Assembly (NCBI RefSeq): GCF_009914755.1
Contig: NC_060925.1
From: the human T2T-CHM13v2.0 reference genome, Homo sapiens
Length of the DNA stretch: 64,000 bases
Direction: 5' to 3' (one strand)
Positions 12,586 through 26,954 of this stretch are shown here, one piece after another. The position numbers and the translations under genes are program-made. The notes under the pieces are model-generated. The model did no database searches and was not told the DNA's origin. It worked only from the letters and a program-made list of their open reading frames with translations. Numbering within the stretch: position 1 is the stretch's first letter; every line of letters starts with the position of its first letter.

Positions 12586-14865
12586 TAAATCTTTTTAAAA
12601 AATTAATAAAATTGTGAATTCTGACGTAAGTCCAATGCCTTTTGATTTACTTTTGGGGTCCTGGATTTCCACTCAGTTCCTCTCAATCCAATCATAAAAT
12701 CTTATAGTCCACAGAAAGTGTAAATATTATCCAGTCCTCTATTACTGAGATGAGAAGCCTAGGATTTAAAAATTTGCCCAAAGTTATGCATAGTGGCACA
12801 GTCAGAACTAGAACCCAGGTTTCTTGACCGCCAATCCTCTATTCTCTATTCTATAATGTTGCTTCTTGCTATATGTGGGAGACAATGTCTAGATTAAAAA
12901 TTACAGAAAACGTCAAAAGTCCACAAGCCTCTGGAGTCAGAATCAGAAGCAGGAGAGCCAATTTATTTATGATTGAGTAGAGGTTGTTTGAAAAAAATTA
13001 ATAAAACATTGTTTAAGAGGCTAAGTGCCTCTAGGGATAAGAATCTGGCCTCCTTTGCCAAGACGGAACTCAATGAAAACTAAGACTAACGTGTAAATGT
13101 ATTTTTGTTGAAGTTTTTCCCTTGAGATTGGGGGAGGGCAAACTGATTTAGATAAAATGAGATCTGACCTCGGCTGATCCAAAACTCTTGCCCAAGACAC
13201 AAAACAAAGCCCCAATAAAACTCTAGTCTTGGTTCAAACAAAGGTCAGTAAAGGGGAGGGGGGATAAGGATGGAGACTGAGAAATAAAAGCATTTGTTGA
13301 TTCTCTTCCTGACCAAAAGTCGCACTGCCAAATTGTCATAAGAAAGGCTGTTTATACAGACGCCCCAGCCCAGCTAAAATAAAAGTAGGAGTCAACTCGT
13401 CAGATTTTACACTTGGTTCCCAAGTAAGAATAGTTCAGTGTAGCTTCTGAATTTCTGGCTCCTTCGATAAATAGGTTTCTTTGGTATCAGGAAGTTATGC
13501 ATTAAGAGAAAAAAGTGTGGACATCTTTCCTGGGCAGGCAGCATCTGAATACATTATTTAGTGTTCAAGCATACCAAAGATTAAAAGAAGAGATCCCACA
13601 AAGCTGAGAGCAGCCATTGTATAGAGCAGGCCTCTTAGGTCAGCTAAGGAGGAGGCTGGGAAATAGGTCAGCAGCTACAAGACCTTAGTGAAAACACAAG
13701 CTTGATCCCAAGAACTAGACACAGACCTTGATGTTCCCTAACAGAAATTCAAGAAACATTAAGGCTAATCCATAATGGAGAATCCATAAAAGAAAATGGA
13801 GAACTGTTTTTGGTTTTGTTTTCAAATTTATGCCACAAAATTCTTATGCAATCCATACCTTGAGATGGCAGCAGGAAGAGAGGGTTAGATTGAATGGATC
13901 AGTGTTTTGATTGAATGTGACATACGCCATATTTCATAAGCAATTCAGTTTATCTTTTGAAGGGCAAAAATAAGTGATTTAGGCAAAGCATGTTTAGAGG
14001 CAGAAGTCATCAAACTTTTACTTAGGTTAATTCACTTAAAATACAATTTGCATGACTTCAAACTGCAAATTGAACTGAAAAAGTGGCACCAGCCAAAGCA
14101 AAGATAAGCAGGAAATAGGTCCACAGGTCCACAAGACATTTAGAACTCCCTGCCCACTGTGCTGGCTGGTCTTTGTGGATATGACTTACATCTTGGGAGA
14201 GGAAAAGTAGACATTTGAATTTCTGGCTAGGAAAGAAAGAAAATACATACGGAAAGCTCTGGAATAATTGTATTCTCCACTATCCCCCATCCCATTAGCT
14301 GCATCAACAATTGAGTTTGTGAAATAATAATGATATCAATAGCTAATGTTTGTTGTGCACTTAATCATTATACTGAACCTCAAAAGTATGTTACGATTAT
14401 ATCAATTTTCTTGAGTACCAAAGAGTTCAAACCATTTTCATATGTCCTCACAGCTAGTTTTGGTAGTAATAAGAAATATTTATTGTCTCCAGCACTAAGA
14501 CTTTACATGTATTGACTGACTTAACCTCATTAAGGAGATACCACTATAGGATTTATTTTGCAGCTACAAAAACTGGGTCATGGAGGGATAAAGGGATGAA
14601 TTAAGTGCTTTCCTAAGGTTACATACTGATAAATAGCATATTTGAGATTTAAGGCCAATTGTCTGGCTCCCAACCCTCTAACCAGTTATTGGAAAACCTG
14701 AGATACTAACCTTACTCTGTCTGACTCCAAAACCTGCTTTTTCTACACAGCACATTTGTGTCTATGTAAAATATATACTTATTTAAAGTTAGCAACTTCA
14801 GTTTAAAATGAGAAATAACTTTGTAACAAAAGTAATTGCCCTCAAAGATAATAGAGTGTAAGTAG

Positions 14866-15304
14866 TGTTCTGCACATCTGTGTGAAGAGACCACCAAACA
14901 GGCTTTGTGTGAGCAATAAAGCTTTTTAATTACTGGGTGCAGGAGGACTGAGTCTGAAAAAGGGGTCAGCAAAGGGAGATAGGGGTAGGGCAGTTTTATA
15001 GGATTTGGGTAGGTAGTGGAAAATCACAGTTAAAGGGGCTTTTCTCTTGTGGGCAGAGGCAGGGGTCACAAGGTGCTCGGTGTGGAGCTCCTGAGACTCA
15101 TTGTCCAGGAGAAGGAATGTCACATGGTCAGTTGATCAGTTAGGGTGGGGCAGGAACAAATCACAATAGTGAAATGTCATCAGTTAAGGCAGGAACTGGC
15201 TATTTCACTTCTTTTGTGGTTCTTCAGTTGTTTCAGGCCATCTGGATGTATACTTGCATGTCACAGGAGTTATGATGGCTTAGTTTGGGCTCAGAGGCCT
15301 GACA
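14866..15304 (-). mobile_element. Solo HERV-H LTR (LTR7 family, possibly LTR7C)
   Basis: Minus strand begins tgtcaggcctctgagcccaa; 'gtgtgaagagaccaccaaacaggctttgtgtgagcaataaagc'; TG..CA ends; 5-bp TSD agtag (14861-14865, 15305-15309). Confidence 0.92.
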
Positions 15305-15739
15305 AGTAGTAAGCCCCTTGCCACAAAATGTGTAGCAGAGGTAACATAATCAAGCGGAAAAGACATTGTAGAAGGAAGACAAGCATTATAACAAAAGATC
15401 TGGGAATTGAACTAAATGGCTCTAAAGTTATTTGAGACCAATTAGTTCACAGCATAGTAACATAAGTGGCCCTTATTGAGTCAGAAGTTGGCTTTTTTTT
15501 TCATATTTTTTCTAGTCAGTCAACTGAGAATCTTTGTAATTTCAAAATAACACTTTGGGACGATGTGAAAATTCTTCCCCAAACACTTACAGTATTTACT
15601 TCTATAACATGACTCATAATGGGTCTGGGCTCATGAGAAGGCAAGACCTCTGTGTGAACCTGAAAGTTTCTACCTCCATCCTTATCCCACCGAGTCTTGG
15701 TGCCTGAATGTGATCATCACTATTGCTTCTTACCCACAA

Positions 15740-16292
15740 GAATTTGCCTTGAACCTTCTTCCTAACAGAAACTGAAGTTTGCTAAAATATTGAGAAGTCA
15801 ATTATTTCAAAGGACATTAAATCCTTAAGTGGTTTAGTCAAACATGGCAACTCCATTCCCCTTGGAAAGTGATTTGTTTAGGCATGGGCATGTGATCTAA
15901 TTTTGGCTGAAGTGATGTCAAGGAAAGTCTGTCGGTGAGGCTCTAGGAAGGTTTTCTCACTCCTAAAAATGAACACAAGTCTAGCAGTTTTATTTTCTGT
16001 TTCTGGATGTTGTCACCTGCTTAAGATACCTGCAATGAGAGAGCCATCTGGTACCATCATGGGAACCAGCCTAAGAGGATAAAGCAAATTACTGTAGATG
16101 ACAGAACAGAAAGGATGGATACTGGGTTCTTGGTAGCATCACTGAGACACTGAATTACCCAGCTTTAGAATTCCTCTAGCTCTGCATTTCTCCTTAAGGG
16201 ACAAATAAATAGCCTTGTTTACTTGTTTTTTATACCATTTATCTTTGTTTGTTTGTTTTTAACTTCCAGCTAAAAGTACCCTAACTGATAAA
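15740..16292 (+). mobile_element. MaLR LTR (MLT1L/K-like)
   Basis: 'tttaggcatgggcatgtgatctaattttggc', 'ctgggttcttggtagcatcactgag', 3' end 'aacttccagctaaaagtaccctaactgata'. Confidence 0.65.
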
Positions 16293-16454
16293 TTGAACTA
16301 CCACATTTATTCATAATGTTTAAAGCATTGCACCTCTAAGAATCCCATCAGAGAATGTGAATTTTCTCTGGAAAGACTATAAAATAAAAACTTAATAACA
16401 GTAAAAATGATTACAAATAATAATAAAATCATCATTGTTATTATTTGGCATCAT

Positions 16455-16680
16455 GGAAAACATAGGTTTTAAAATCAAATAAACCCAAGTTTAAAATCTG
16501 TCTCTATCTTGCCAGCTTGGTGATCTCGGCAAAATTATTTAACCCTTCTGATATTGATTCCTCATATTTTAAAGGGAAGTGATATAATAATATTTTGCAA
16601 GATTGCCGTATAAATTGTGATAGAGTATATAAAGCATCTGGAACATAGCAGGTATTCAGTAATTGGTAGCTCTATCTATT
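16455..16680 (+). mobile_element. MIR
   Basis: Degenerate MIR core and 3' end 'aaagcatctggaacatagcaggtattcagtaattggtagc'. Confidence 0.6.
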
Positions 16681-17659
16681 GGTCTTTTTCTCATCTATAA
16701 AATTGGTATACTAAAACTTAGCTCCTGAAGTTTATGTGAGTTCTAAAGGAGACAATGAATGTATGTAATCAGCACTTTACACATAACTATAATAGTCTCT
16801 TTGGGGATGGAAAATGGAGTGATCAGATTGACAAGGGAATGGAATGAAGGCATTGCTATCTGGTGAGAGGGATGGGAGACATTGGTACAACTTGAATGTT
16901 AGAAGAGGAATACCATCACAGGGGCAAAGGGCCCAAAGACAGCCTTTATCTTTCTCAATATTTGTGTAGGGACTTCTTCTCCTTAGAACTAAAAAAACAG
17001 GAAGTAAAATTTATAGACCCCTAGAGCCAGCAAAACCAATAGGTCAGGTTTACTATCAAAAGGATATTTCTTTAACAGATCTTTGACTCTTTCTTAGTGG
17101 CTCTCTCTCTCTATGTGTGTCTCTGTCTCTTCTCTCTAATTAAATGCCTACCCTGTGCTCTTACACATTTGGTGACTTTCAACAGTTATTCAGAATTTTA
17201 AAATCTTCCATGGTTTTTAGACCAGTTCCATTTAAAAAAAAAAATTAAGGTTGATATTTCACTTTGGTCTTAAACCAGAGCCAAGTAGGCTTTTCTCCAA
17301 AGAATGCTGGCACCTGTGATTCTACTACATGAATGCCAGGAAGTATGCTGACCAACGAGTTCTCATTTCAGATAAGCAGTTAATTTGTGGTGACCTTGAG
17401 CAGCCACTTTACTTACCTGGGTCATAATTTCCTTACCTGGGTATAATTTCCTTGGCTATAAAACAAGAGGGGTTGCATTAAGTCCCCTCTCTGAACTCAG
17501 AATCACCACCTGGCCCTTCTTTGTGGCCCTCCAGTCTCATGAGTCTTTTCAGTCTATGTGTATAATAATGTCTCTCTGTATCATTACCTTATTGTATAAA
17601 CATCTCCCTGTGCATGTTTCTGCCATACCTAGGTGACCCAGCAGAGATTACTAAACTCA

Positions 17660-17957
17660 TTTCCTCTTTGTCTTCGGTGTACAGTTAAACTTCCCTCGTG
17701 TGGCCACAAAACCATTTACCCTTCTCCTGTCTTCCTGCATCTGCTGGTGGAACCAAAAGACCCAGTGAAAGACTTTGAAGTCCTGGAACATGGTGGAAAC
17801 AGCTTCTCTGACACCTTCACGTCCCCATCCATCCCCACACTTCGCCCCTGCCACCTCTCACTGGATTATGATATCAGTGAGAATGCATCTTCATTGTGTT
17901 AAAACACTGAAATTTGAAGATTATTTAGTATAGTATTTGGCCTATTCTGACTGTACA
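17660..17957 (+). mobile_element. MaLR LTR fragment (MLT1I/J-like)
   Basis: 3' end 'cattgtgttaaaacactgaaatttgaagattatttagtatagtatttggcctattctgactgtaca'. Confidence 0.5.
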
Positions 17958-19029
17958 ACCCAGCTATGTAAAGTCTTAGAGACTAGGCAGTGTATTGCCT
18001 TCTTTTAAGAAATGAGGCAGTTTACAGGGCCCACTTTGATTATTTGGGCGGTTCCATAAAATGGTCACAACATGGGATTTAAAGAGATAAAAACAAAAAG
18101 GGGGAAAGTAAAGACAGATTTTCCTAAGTAAAAAGGAACTCTCTTTTTAATGCCAATGTTTTCTCTTCAATTAACAGCACAATTAACAGTGCATACCTCC
18201 TGGGAACATGTTACCAAAAGTTAGAAGGCCAAATTCCCTCAGCCTCTATCCAGCATCACAAATAACTTCAATGAGAACCATAGGAACATCGAGTGTCCTG
18301 TGAATCTGAGAACTGCAATGGGCCCTAGGGGCTCTTCCATCCAGGCTTATCATGATTCAGGAGAAGAAATTGAGGACCGAAGACATCAAATATAATAAGC
18401 TAATGGAGGAACTGAGGCTACTTGCCTGGCTCCAGTGCTCTTTCCTTTGCCTCAAAATCTTTACAGGTCAGCCATCTATCATGTGTAGAATAAGCAAACT
18501 GAATTAACATTGGAAATATTAAAAGAACAGAGGTTGCGTGGATATTGGTTGGAACAGAGAAGAAGTTTTCACAAGGAATTAAAGTAACACCAGCTGCTCA
18601 CTGCTCTGACTTAAACCATACAGCAACTCCAGAAACATGGGGGGTGTTGTTGAGTGGGAAGGTAAGCTCAAGAATGCTAAATGTGTCTGAAGGCAAAGGG
18701 GATTATTTGTCATTGGCCTTCTGACTCAAAAAAGCCAACATATATACATATATCTCAAAACCTACTGATAAGCAGAAAGAATATAGGGCTGTTATACTTG
18801 GTTGGCATCACTTTGTTCAGAAAGCAAGAAGGCAGCTGCATTCCACACTGACCAAAACTATTATATCAGGTTGTGCTTCTCTTAGTCTTAGGTGTCTTCT
18901 CGTAGGACTGTTTTAAAATTCAACACGAGGGGAGAGGGAACAAGCTAGACACAGAGAAAATAGTTATATATTTAGAGGACTGTGAGATCTTAATAAAATT
19001 TAACCGTATGGGGGCTCTATTGCATTTAC

Positions 19030-19400
19030 CATTCATTCAACAAAAGTTACTGATTGCCCATTATGTACTAGGCCCTGGTCTAGGCACATGGAATACACAG
19101 ATGAATAAATATGTTCACTGTCCATTAGTTTCTCAAAAGTTGAGGGGCCAGAAAACTAAAATGAAATGAGACAGACACTACTGGGGCTCAGGCTGGGTTG
19201 AGGGGAGGGCCTTCAACCCTGCCTTGCTATATTAGCAAAGGCTTCTAGGAGAGGAGTTGAGGCCTTTTCACGCTTTTTGAAGGAAAGATCGTGTTAATCA
19301 AGTAAATTAGAGAAAAGACATTCCTAGTGGAAGAAACAACCATGTCAAACTTCAAAGAATGATCAGGAAACTATAATAAATGTATTCTTTCTCTAGTGCA
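19030..19400 (-). mobile_element. L2 3' relic
   Basis: 'cattcattcaacaaaagttactgattgcccattatgtactaggccctggtctaggcac'. Confidence 0.65.
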
Positions 19401-19914
19401 TATTGTTGATGAGTATTTGGAGCAAGACACAGGTGTGTGCCATTCTGCACTTACTTGGTAATTAAGTGAAAAAAATCTAAAACTGAAAATTTAAGAGTAG
19501 ATTTTCAAGTATTGTTTCAAAAGTTCAAACAATATTAACAAACTCAGTGTCTCACCCCACCTATTGGCTTTGCTTTTCGTTTTATTGACCCATTTTCCAG
19601 TAAGCTGTCTACTTAAAGAGACTGGTAGCTTGAGACTTAAGTAATCAGAACAGATAATAATCCTACAAAAAAAAAAAAGAGTTTTATTCTAATAGTTCCA
19701 GCAAGTCTTGAGATTGCATCTCATTGAGCTGGCTTCAGTCACATCACATTCCTGAACTAAGGCCCTGGTAGTACAAAGCTCAATCCTATCATCTTGACTG
19801 TCCTCTTCAGAGAAGAGATTTTCTTCTCTTCTCTGCACCTCCGTCTAACCTGTACTAAAGTTATCATTAGTTTTTCCTTAAATTAGAGAATCCAAACACA
19901 TCAAACTCATGCAA

Positions 19915-21135
19915 AATAATGATGCCAGTTCCCTTCCTTACATTACACACACAAAAAATTAACTCAAAATGGATTATATACCTAAATGTGAGAGTCAAAA
20001 CTATAAAACTCTTACAAGGAAACATAGGGGTAAATCTTTGTGCCCTTGAGTTAGGCAAAGCCTTCTTAGAAATGACACTAAAAGCGTAAGCAACAAAAGA
20101 AAATAGATAAATTTGACTTCATCAAAGTTTAAAAGTTTTATAATACAAGTAATACTATTAAGACAAATGATCGCACAGAGAATGGGAGAAAATATTTGGA
20201 AATCATATAACACATGTGACAAGAGACATGTATCCAGAATATATAGAGAACTCCTACAATTGAATAATAAAGGATAATTAATCCAATATTTAAATGGGCA
20301 AAGAATCAGAGTAGACATTTCTCTAAGGAAGGCATATGAATAACCAATAAGCTCAAGAGAAGATGCTTACAATGATCATTCATTAAGGAAATGCTAACTA
20401 AAACCACAAGATACCACTTCACAAAGCCACTATAGAGTGGCTAATAACAAGAATCGTAGAGGATGTGGAGAAATTGAAACTCTCATGCATTGCCACTGGG
20501 AATGTAAAATGTTGGAGCCACTTTGGAAGACAGATTGGTGGTTCCTCAAAAGTTGAACATGGAGTTACCTTATGACCTGGCAATCCCACTCCTAGGTACA
20601 TACTCAAAAGAATTGAAAACAGGTACTCAAACAAATACATATGCAATCATAGTCATAGCAGCACTATTCACAATATCCAAAAGGTATAAATAACCCACAT
20701 TTCAATCCATTGATGACCTGATAAACAAAATGTAGTATATCCCTCCAACGGCCTGTTGTTTGACAATAAAAAGGAATGAAGAATTGATCATAGTACAACA
20801 TGAATGAACCTTGAAAACATTATACTAAGTGAAAGAAACAAGTCACAAAAGACCACATATTAGATTATTCCATTTATATAAGACATTGAGAATAGGCAAA
20901 GCTATAGAGATGGAAAGTGGATTAGTGGTTGCCAAGGGCTTGAGGGATGGGGAGGGATTAGGAGTGACTGCTGGTGGATAGTTCATTGCTTTTTGAAGTG
21001 ATGAAGATATTCTAAAATTAATTAGATTCTGGGGGTTGTCACACAATCCTGTCAATATATTAATATCATTGAATTATTATATACTTTAAATGGATGAGTG
21101 GTATAGCATGTGAATTTTGCCTCAATAAAGCTGTC
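19915..21135 (+). mobile_element. L1MB-type 3' end
   Basis: ORF2 C-terminal DNA ('aaaattaactcaaaatggat', 'gacttcatcaaagtt'), 3'UTR ending 'ctcaataaagctgt'. Confidence 0.85.
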
Positions 21136-21255
21136 TAGTGAAACACAGTATAGACAAAGTATTTGAATAGGAATTTTCCCAAAGAAAGTATGCAAAAAAA
21201 GCCAACAAGCACATAAAAAGAGGTTAAACATTGGTCACTAAAGAAATGCAAATCA

Positions 21256-21624
<369 letters not shown>

Positions 21625-21671
21625 TCAGAACCACAAGGAGATATCACTTCACACTCACTAGGAGGGCTATG

Positions 21672-21674
21672 TTT

Positions 21675-21705
<31 letters not shown>

Positions 21706-21774
21706 GAGACAGAGTCTCACTCTGTCACCGAGGCTGGAGTGCAGTGGCACGATCTCGGCTCACTGCAAGCTCCA
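21672..21774 (-). mobile_element. Severely 5'-truncated AluY-like fragment
   Basis: About 70 bp of right arm ('cactgcaagctcc') plus (TTTTG)n tail; TSD taggagggctatg 21659-21671 and 21775-21787. Confidence 0.9.
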
Positions 21775-22499
21775 TAGGAGGGCTATGATTTTAAAAATGG
21801 AAAGTAACACGTTTGGCAAAAATGTGGAGCAATAGGGAAGTTTGTACATTGCTGGTGGGAATATAAAATGGTGCAGCCATTGTGAAAATAGTTTGGCAAC
21901 TCCTCAAAAAATTAAATACAGAATTCTCATTTGACCCAATAATTCCATTCCTAGGAACATAAGAGAAATGAAAACATATGTCCACACAGAGACTTGTACA
22001 TGGACATTTATAGCAGCACTATTCACAATAGCCAAAAGATGGGAAAAACCCCAAATGCCCATCAATGGATGAAAGGATAAACAAATCATATTATATACAT
22101 ACAATGAAATATTATTCAGCCCTGAAAAGGAATAAAGTCCTGATACATGCTACATACCTGATAGGAGTCCTGATACATGAATCTCAAAAACATTATGCTA
22201 AGCAAAAGAAGCCAGACAAAAGGCCACATATTGTATGATTCCTTGTATTTGGAATACTCAGAATAGGCAAATCCATAGAGACACAAAGCTGATTAGCGGA
22301 GGAGGAATAGAGAATGATTGCTTAATGAATGTAAGGTATTTTGTGGTGTAATGAAAAAGTTTTAAAACTAGAGAAAAACGGCCATTGTACAGCATTGTGA
22401 ATGCACCAAATGCCCCTGAATTATCTACTTTAAAAGTTAATTGAATGTTATTTGAATTTCAGCTCTGTTTTTACATCAGACTCAAAACATAACAAAAAT

Positions 22500-22845
22500 C
22501 TAATCTTCTCATTTAGAGGTCACCCCATAAACATCAGGACAAAATCCCAATAACTTATATTGGCATTCAAGTCCCTTCACAACTTGGCCTAAACTTATAT
22601 CCTCCCCCTGATCTCCACCACTTCCCACAAGTCCTCTATATTCTAGCCACATGTTTCTCTCATAACTCTTCTTTGAAATGTCTTTCCACAACAGCTTTGC
22701 ATATGCTGCTCTGCTTCCCCATCTAGACCATGAGCATCTCAAAGGCAGAAACAACATTTAATTCATCTTTGCATCCCAACAGCCTAACCCTGAGTCTGGC
22801 ATTTAGTGGACACTTAATGAATGTTTGCTGAATCGAATTGAATGT
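22500..22845 (+). mobile_element. L2 3' end
   Basis: 'gtctggcatttagtggacacttaatgaatgtttgctgaatcgaattgaatg'. Confidence 0.7.
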
Positions 22846-23440
22846 GCATGGAAACTCTGGGAATAATCCTCCAGAATCCTTCAGATGGTGAATGTGCAGT
22901 GAAGAGGTGGAATGAGGCAATTCCCTCAAATTACAAATTCACCTATTTTGTTAAGAAAACATTAAGATGGATATCTTTTATTTTTCTGTGTGAAAATAAA
23001 GAAAAAAGAATGCTGAAATGCAGTGAGTACCCTAAAGGTTTATTTTATATTAGATGGAGGGTTGAAAAGAAAAAAATGTAAGTAAAGTAGGTGGCATAAT
23101 AGGGATTTTTGCAATTTAACCTTAAAAAAGTGAAAATGGCTGCATTGAACACCTGTGGGCCTTCCATCGAACTGCATTCAACAGAGGAAAATAAGAGGAA
23201 GGGGAGATGTTAGGCAAGAGGGAGGAATGGAAGTCAGCATCTTCCCAGGTTTCTGCCATGTATCCTGCAGAGCTAAGAATATGGTGGTTGAGACTAGAGT
23301 GCGAGATTAAGAAGACCCTCAGCATAAATGGAGTCTCCCCTTGTTCAAACATGTTACTGACCTTCCCTTAAACGAACCAACCAAAGAACACAGCACTGAG
23401 ATTCACATACACAATAAGTTCAGAACTGATGTTCAGAAGT

Positions 23441-23686
23441 ATAAGTTAAGCATTCCTAATTCGAAAATTTGAAATTCAAAATGCTCCAAAATCTGAAACT
23501 TTCTGAGTGCTGACATGACACTCAAAGGAAATGCACATTAGAGCATTTCAGATTTCCAATTTCCTGATTAGTTATACTCAACCAGTAGGTACAATGCAAA
23601 TTATTCCAAAATCTTGAAAAAAAAAATAAACAAAATCCAAAACACTTCTGGTCCCAAGCATTTTATATAAGGAATATACAACCTAT
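23441..23686. mobile_element. Tigger4a (MER46A) TcMar-Tigger MITE
   Basis: 'aatgctccaaaatctgaaactttctgagtgctgacatgacactcaaaggaaatgc' ... 'aaacacttctggtcccaagcatttt..aaggaatatacaacct'. Confidence 0.85.
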
Positions 23687-23758
23687 AATAACAATTATAA
23701 TAAAAGCTAACGTTAACTACCCACTATGTGACAGCATGCCAGCTGAGGGGAACACTGA

Positions 23759-24084
<326 letters not shown>

Positions 24085-25899
24085 ATAATGCACGATTTTT
24101 AACAAAAAGCCCATAGCCAAGTGGGGTAGATAGACAAAGAAAGTTTAATTCAATAGTAAGCGTCACTGTTGACTTACAGACAAAGTGCTGCTGAATTCTC
24201 ATGCCTTAGTGGCTTCATCTATGAAATGGGGATTAGAATTCTAAGCTATCTTGAGCAGCACCTTGGAGTTAACTAGAGAATTAAAGGAGATGTGGCCTGA
24301 GGAGCAGAAGAATTTTCTCTTCTCTAGGAGACTACAGTGGGAGTTACTCTGAGCTATAGAAGGAGAATATCTGTTGGGAAGTTGCTGGAGGACAGAGATG
24401 TGATGCTTACTTATCTCTGCATCCCCAATAATACCAACATACGATGGATGTTCAAACTTAAGTTTATTGAGTGTAACTGAAGCAAATAGAATATGCTGTG
24501 TCGCAAGAATTTCTGCCAAACAACAGATCTGCCAGAGGCAGCAGGAATGCAAGCTTTCATTTGCACTCCACCAAAAAAATGCAACTCCTGATGTAAAGGT
24601 GGAGAGTTAGTAAAAATAGAAAGTGGTAAGCAGAAATCCTCTTCTCATAATTCATTGTCAGGGACAGAGAAAAAATACTGGCATCTCAAAGAGGGGCCTT
24701 TAGGGAGATTGATGCCTAACAGAATAATACCTCAGTGTGCCACACAAAGCCACAGAAAAGTGGTCGGTAACCTTATTCGCTGATTTTTCTGAGACAAATT
24801 CATCTGAATGGCATGGTTCTGTAAATGGAACTCCAATCCTACTTGGGGATGCATAATGGTTAATTATATGGCCACAAGTCTTGATATTTTTCAAAACAAT
24901 ACAAGTTCCAAGTAAATCTCAGTCAGAACATGCATTGATGTTGTTCCCTGAAATGTGGTTTTTAAAACAGGCCAGTCTTAATTACGTCTCTGGTGAAAAG
25001 GGACATAGGAAGATATTTTGTTCCCAGAATGTTGGGTTCTCAATCAGGTACCACAGATTTAGACTTGCCAGGAAGATATGCAAAAAATTTACTCCAGGCA
25101 GATTCCAGCAGTCTACTTCTATAAAGATGTATGTGCCAAAGTCCTTACATGGAGCCCAGGTGAGCCAGGCTGGACCTTACAGAGATAAGAAGATTATTTG
25201 ACTCTTCCACCTGAAAAAACACTACAGCCAGCTAGAACCACTCTCCAAGTGTGACCCTCCAGAATCTTATCATGACTTGCACAAGTAGAGGCGTGGAAAG
25301 GTAAACCCAAAGAACAGCATTTTTGACATGTTTTAAGAGCAATAAAGAAAAATTTACTCCAGGAAAGGCCAATCTGTACAACTATCAAAAGTCCCACTGC
25401 CTGTGAATGTGGCTCAATTGTCTCCTTAGCCAACCCACGTCCTTGAACCTATGCAGAAAATGGTGTGGGGTCACAGGCTTTAAGTTCTCCCTCCCATTTA
25501 GGCAGATACCTACAGTCATCACAGCTCAGTATTTCTACTAACCCAGCCAAGAACCAGGCAGGCATCATAAAAGATTCAGGGAGGACTTCTTCCTGTTGCC
25601 CTTTCTCTTGTTGGTATGGTGAGGGTAAAATTCTATCATTGAGAATTACTTTGAGTGTAACATGGCTATGGCTATGTATTCCTCTTTCAAAAGCAAATAC
25701 CCATGGTGACAATACATGTTATATAACCCTTTGTGGATTTGCTTCTTAATTGCCTCTCTCACTACAAGAAAAGTTTGGTTCAGCAGGAATTAAGTAGGTA
25801 CCTGAAGTGAGTGAAGGATAACAGGCCTAAAAGAGAAGAAGCTCTCAAAAGTGGACTGGATTGCCACAAAAGCAAGCTCTTCAGCACAGAGGCAACTAT

Positions 25900-26130
25900 G
25901 AGAACTTTGGAACTAGACAGACTTGGATTAAGTTTTTCTTCTCCCTCTAATTAGCTGTGCAAGCTATAAGTCACCTAACCTCTCCTTGCCTCTGTTTCTG
26001 CATCTGTAAAATAGTAATAACAATATCTACCCTGAGGAGATCTTTAAGGATCTGAGTCAATGTATATAAAGTGCCTAGATGATATATCAATGTATGAAAA
26101 TCTGCCTAGCATATAATATTATAGTAGTTG
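25900..26130 (+). mobile_element. MIR
   Basis: 'aagtcacctaacctctccttgcctctgtttctgcatctgtaaaatagtaataac'. Confidence 0.75.
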
Positions 26131-26198
26131 TGCTCATAATCCCTTTCTATCTGCATTAGCAGAGTTGATGTAATAGGTTTCACAATGTCCCCACCCCC

Positions 26199-26954
26199 GA
26201 AGGCTAACAATCATATGAAAAAAAGCTCAACATCACTGATCATTAGAGAAATGCAAATCCAAACCACAATGAGATTCAATCTCACACCAGTCAGAATGGC
26301 TACTATAAAAAGTCAAAAAATAATAGGTGCTGGCAAGGTTGCAGAGAAAAAGGAATGCTTATACATTATTGTAAATTAGTTCAACCATTGTGGAAGACAG
26401 TGTGGTGATTCCTCAAAGACCAAAAAACAGAAATACCATTTGACTCAGCAATCCAATTACTGGGTATACACCCAAAGGAATGTAAATCATTCTATCATAA
26501 AGACACATGCATGTGTATGTTCACTGCAGCACTATTCACAATAGCAAAGACATAGACTCAACCCAAAAGCCCATCAATAGCAGATTGGATAAAGAAAATA
26601 TGGTACATGCATAACACGGACCGTTTGCAGGGTCATGGATGGAGCTGGAAGCCAGTATACCGAACAAACTAATCCAGGAACAGAAAACCAAAAACCACAC
26701 ATTCTCATTTATAAGTGGGAGCTAAATGATGAGAACACATAGACATATAGAGGGGAACAACATACACTGAGGCCTGTCATAGGCTGGAGGTTGGGAGGTG
26801 GGAGAGTTCAGGAAAAATAATGAATGGGTACTAGGCTTAATACCTGGGTAATGAAATAATCTGTACAACAACTCCCCATGACACAAGTTTACCTATGTAA
26901 CAAACCTGCACATGTACCCCTGAACTTAAAATAAAAGTTAATAATAATAATAAT
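26199..26954 (+). mobile_element. L1PA13-like 3' end
   Basis: 'gggtactaggcttaatacctgggtaatgaaataatctgtacaacaa'; (AAT)n tail; TSD aatgtccccac(c/t)cc 26184-26197 and 26955-26968. Confidence 0.85.

Noticed and set aside
17412-17450. Short tandem duplications (also ~345-395, ~3997-4058, ~22137-22180, ~29212-29233, ~46887-46918)
   Set aside because: Ordinary two- or three-copy slippage microduplications, mostly within old repeats; no repeat-spacer array structure, so not CRISPR-like
24881-25749. Cluster of overlapping 79-106 aa ORFs in unique DNA (similarly 50381-50708, 56849-57178, 63046-63654)
   Set aside because: No recognisable domain, no consistent strand or exon chain; lengths compatible with chance
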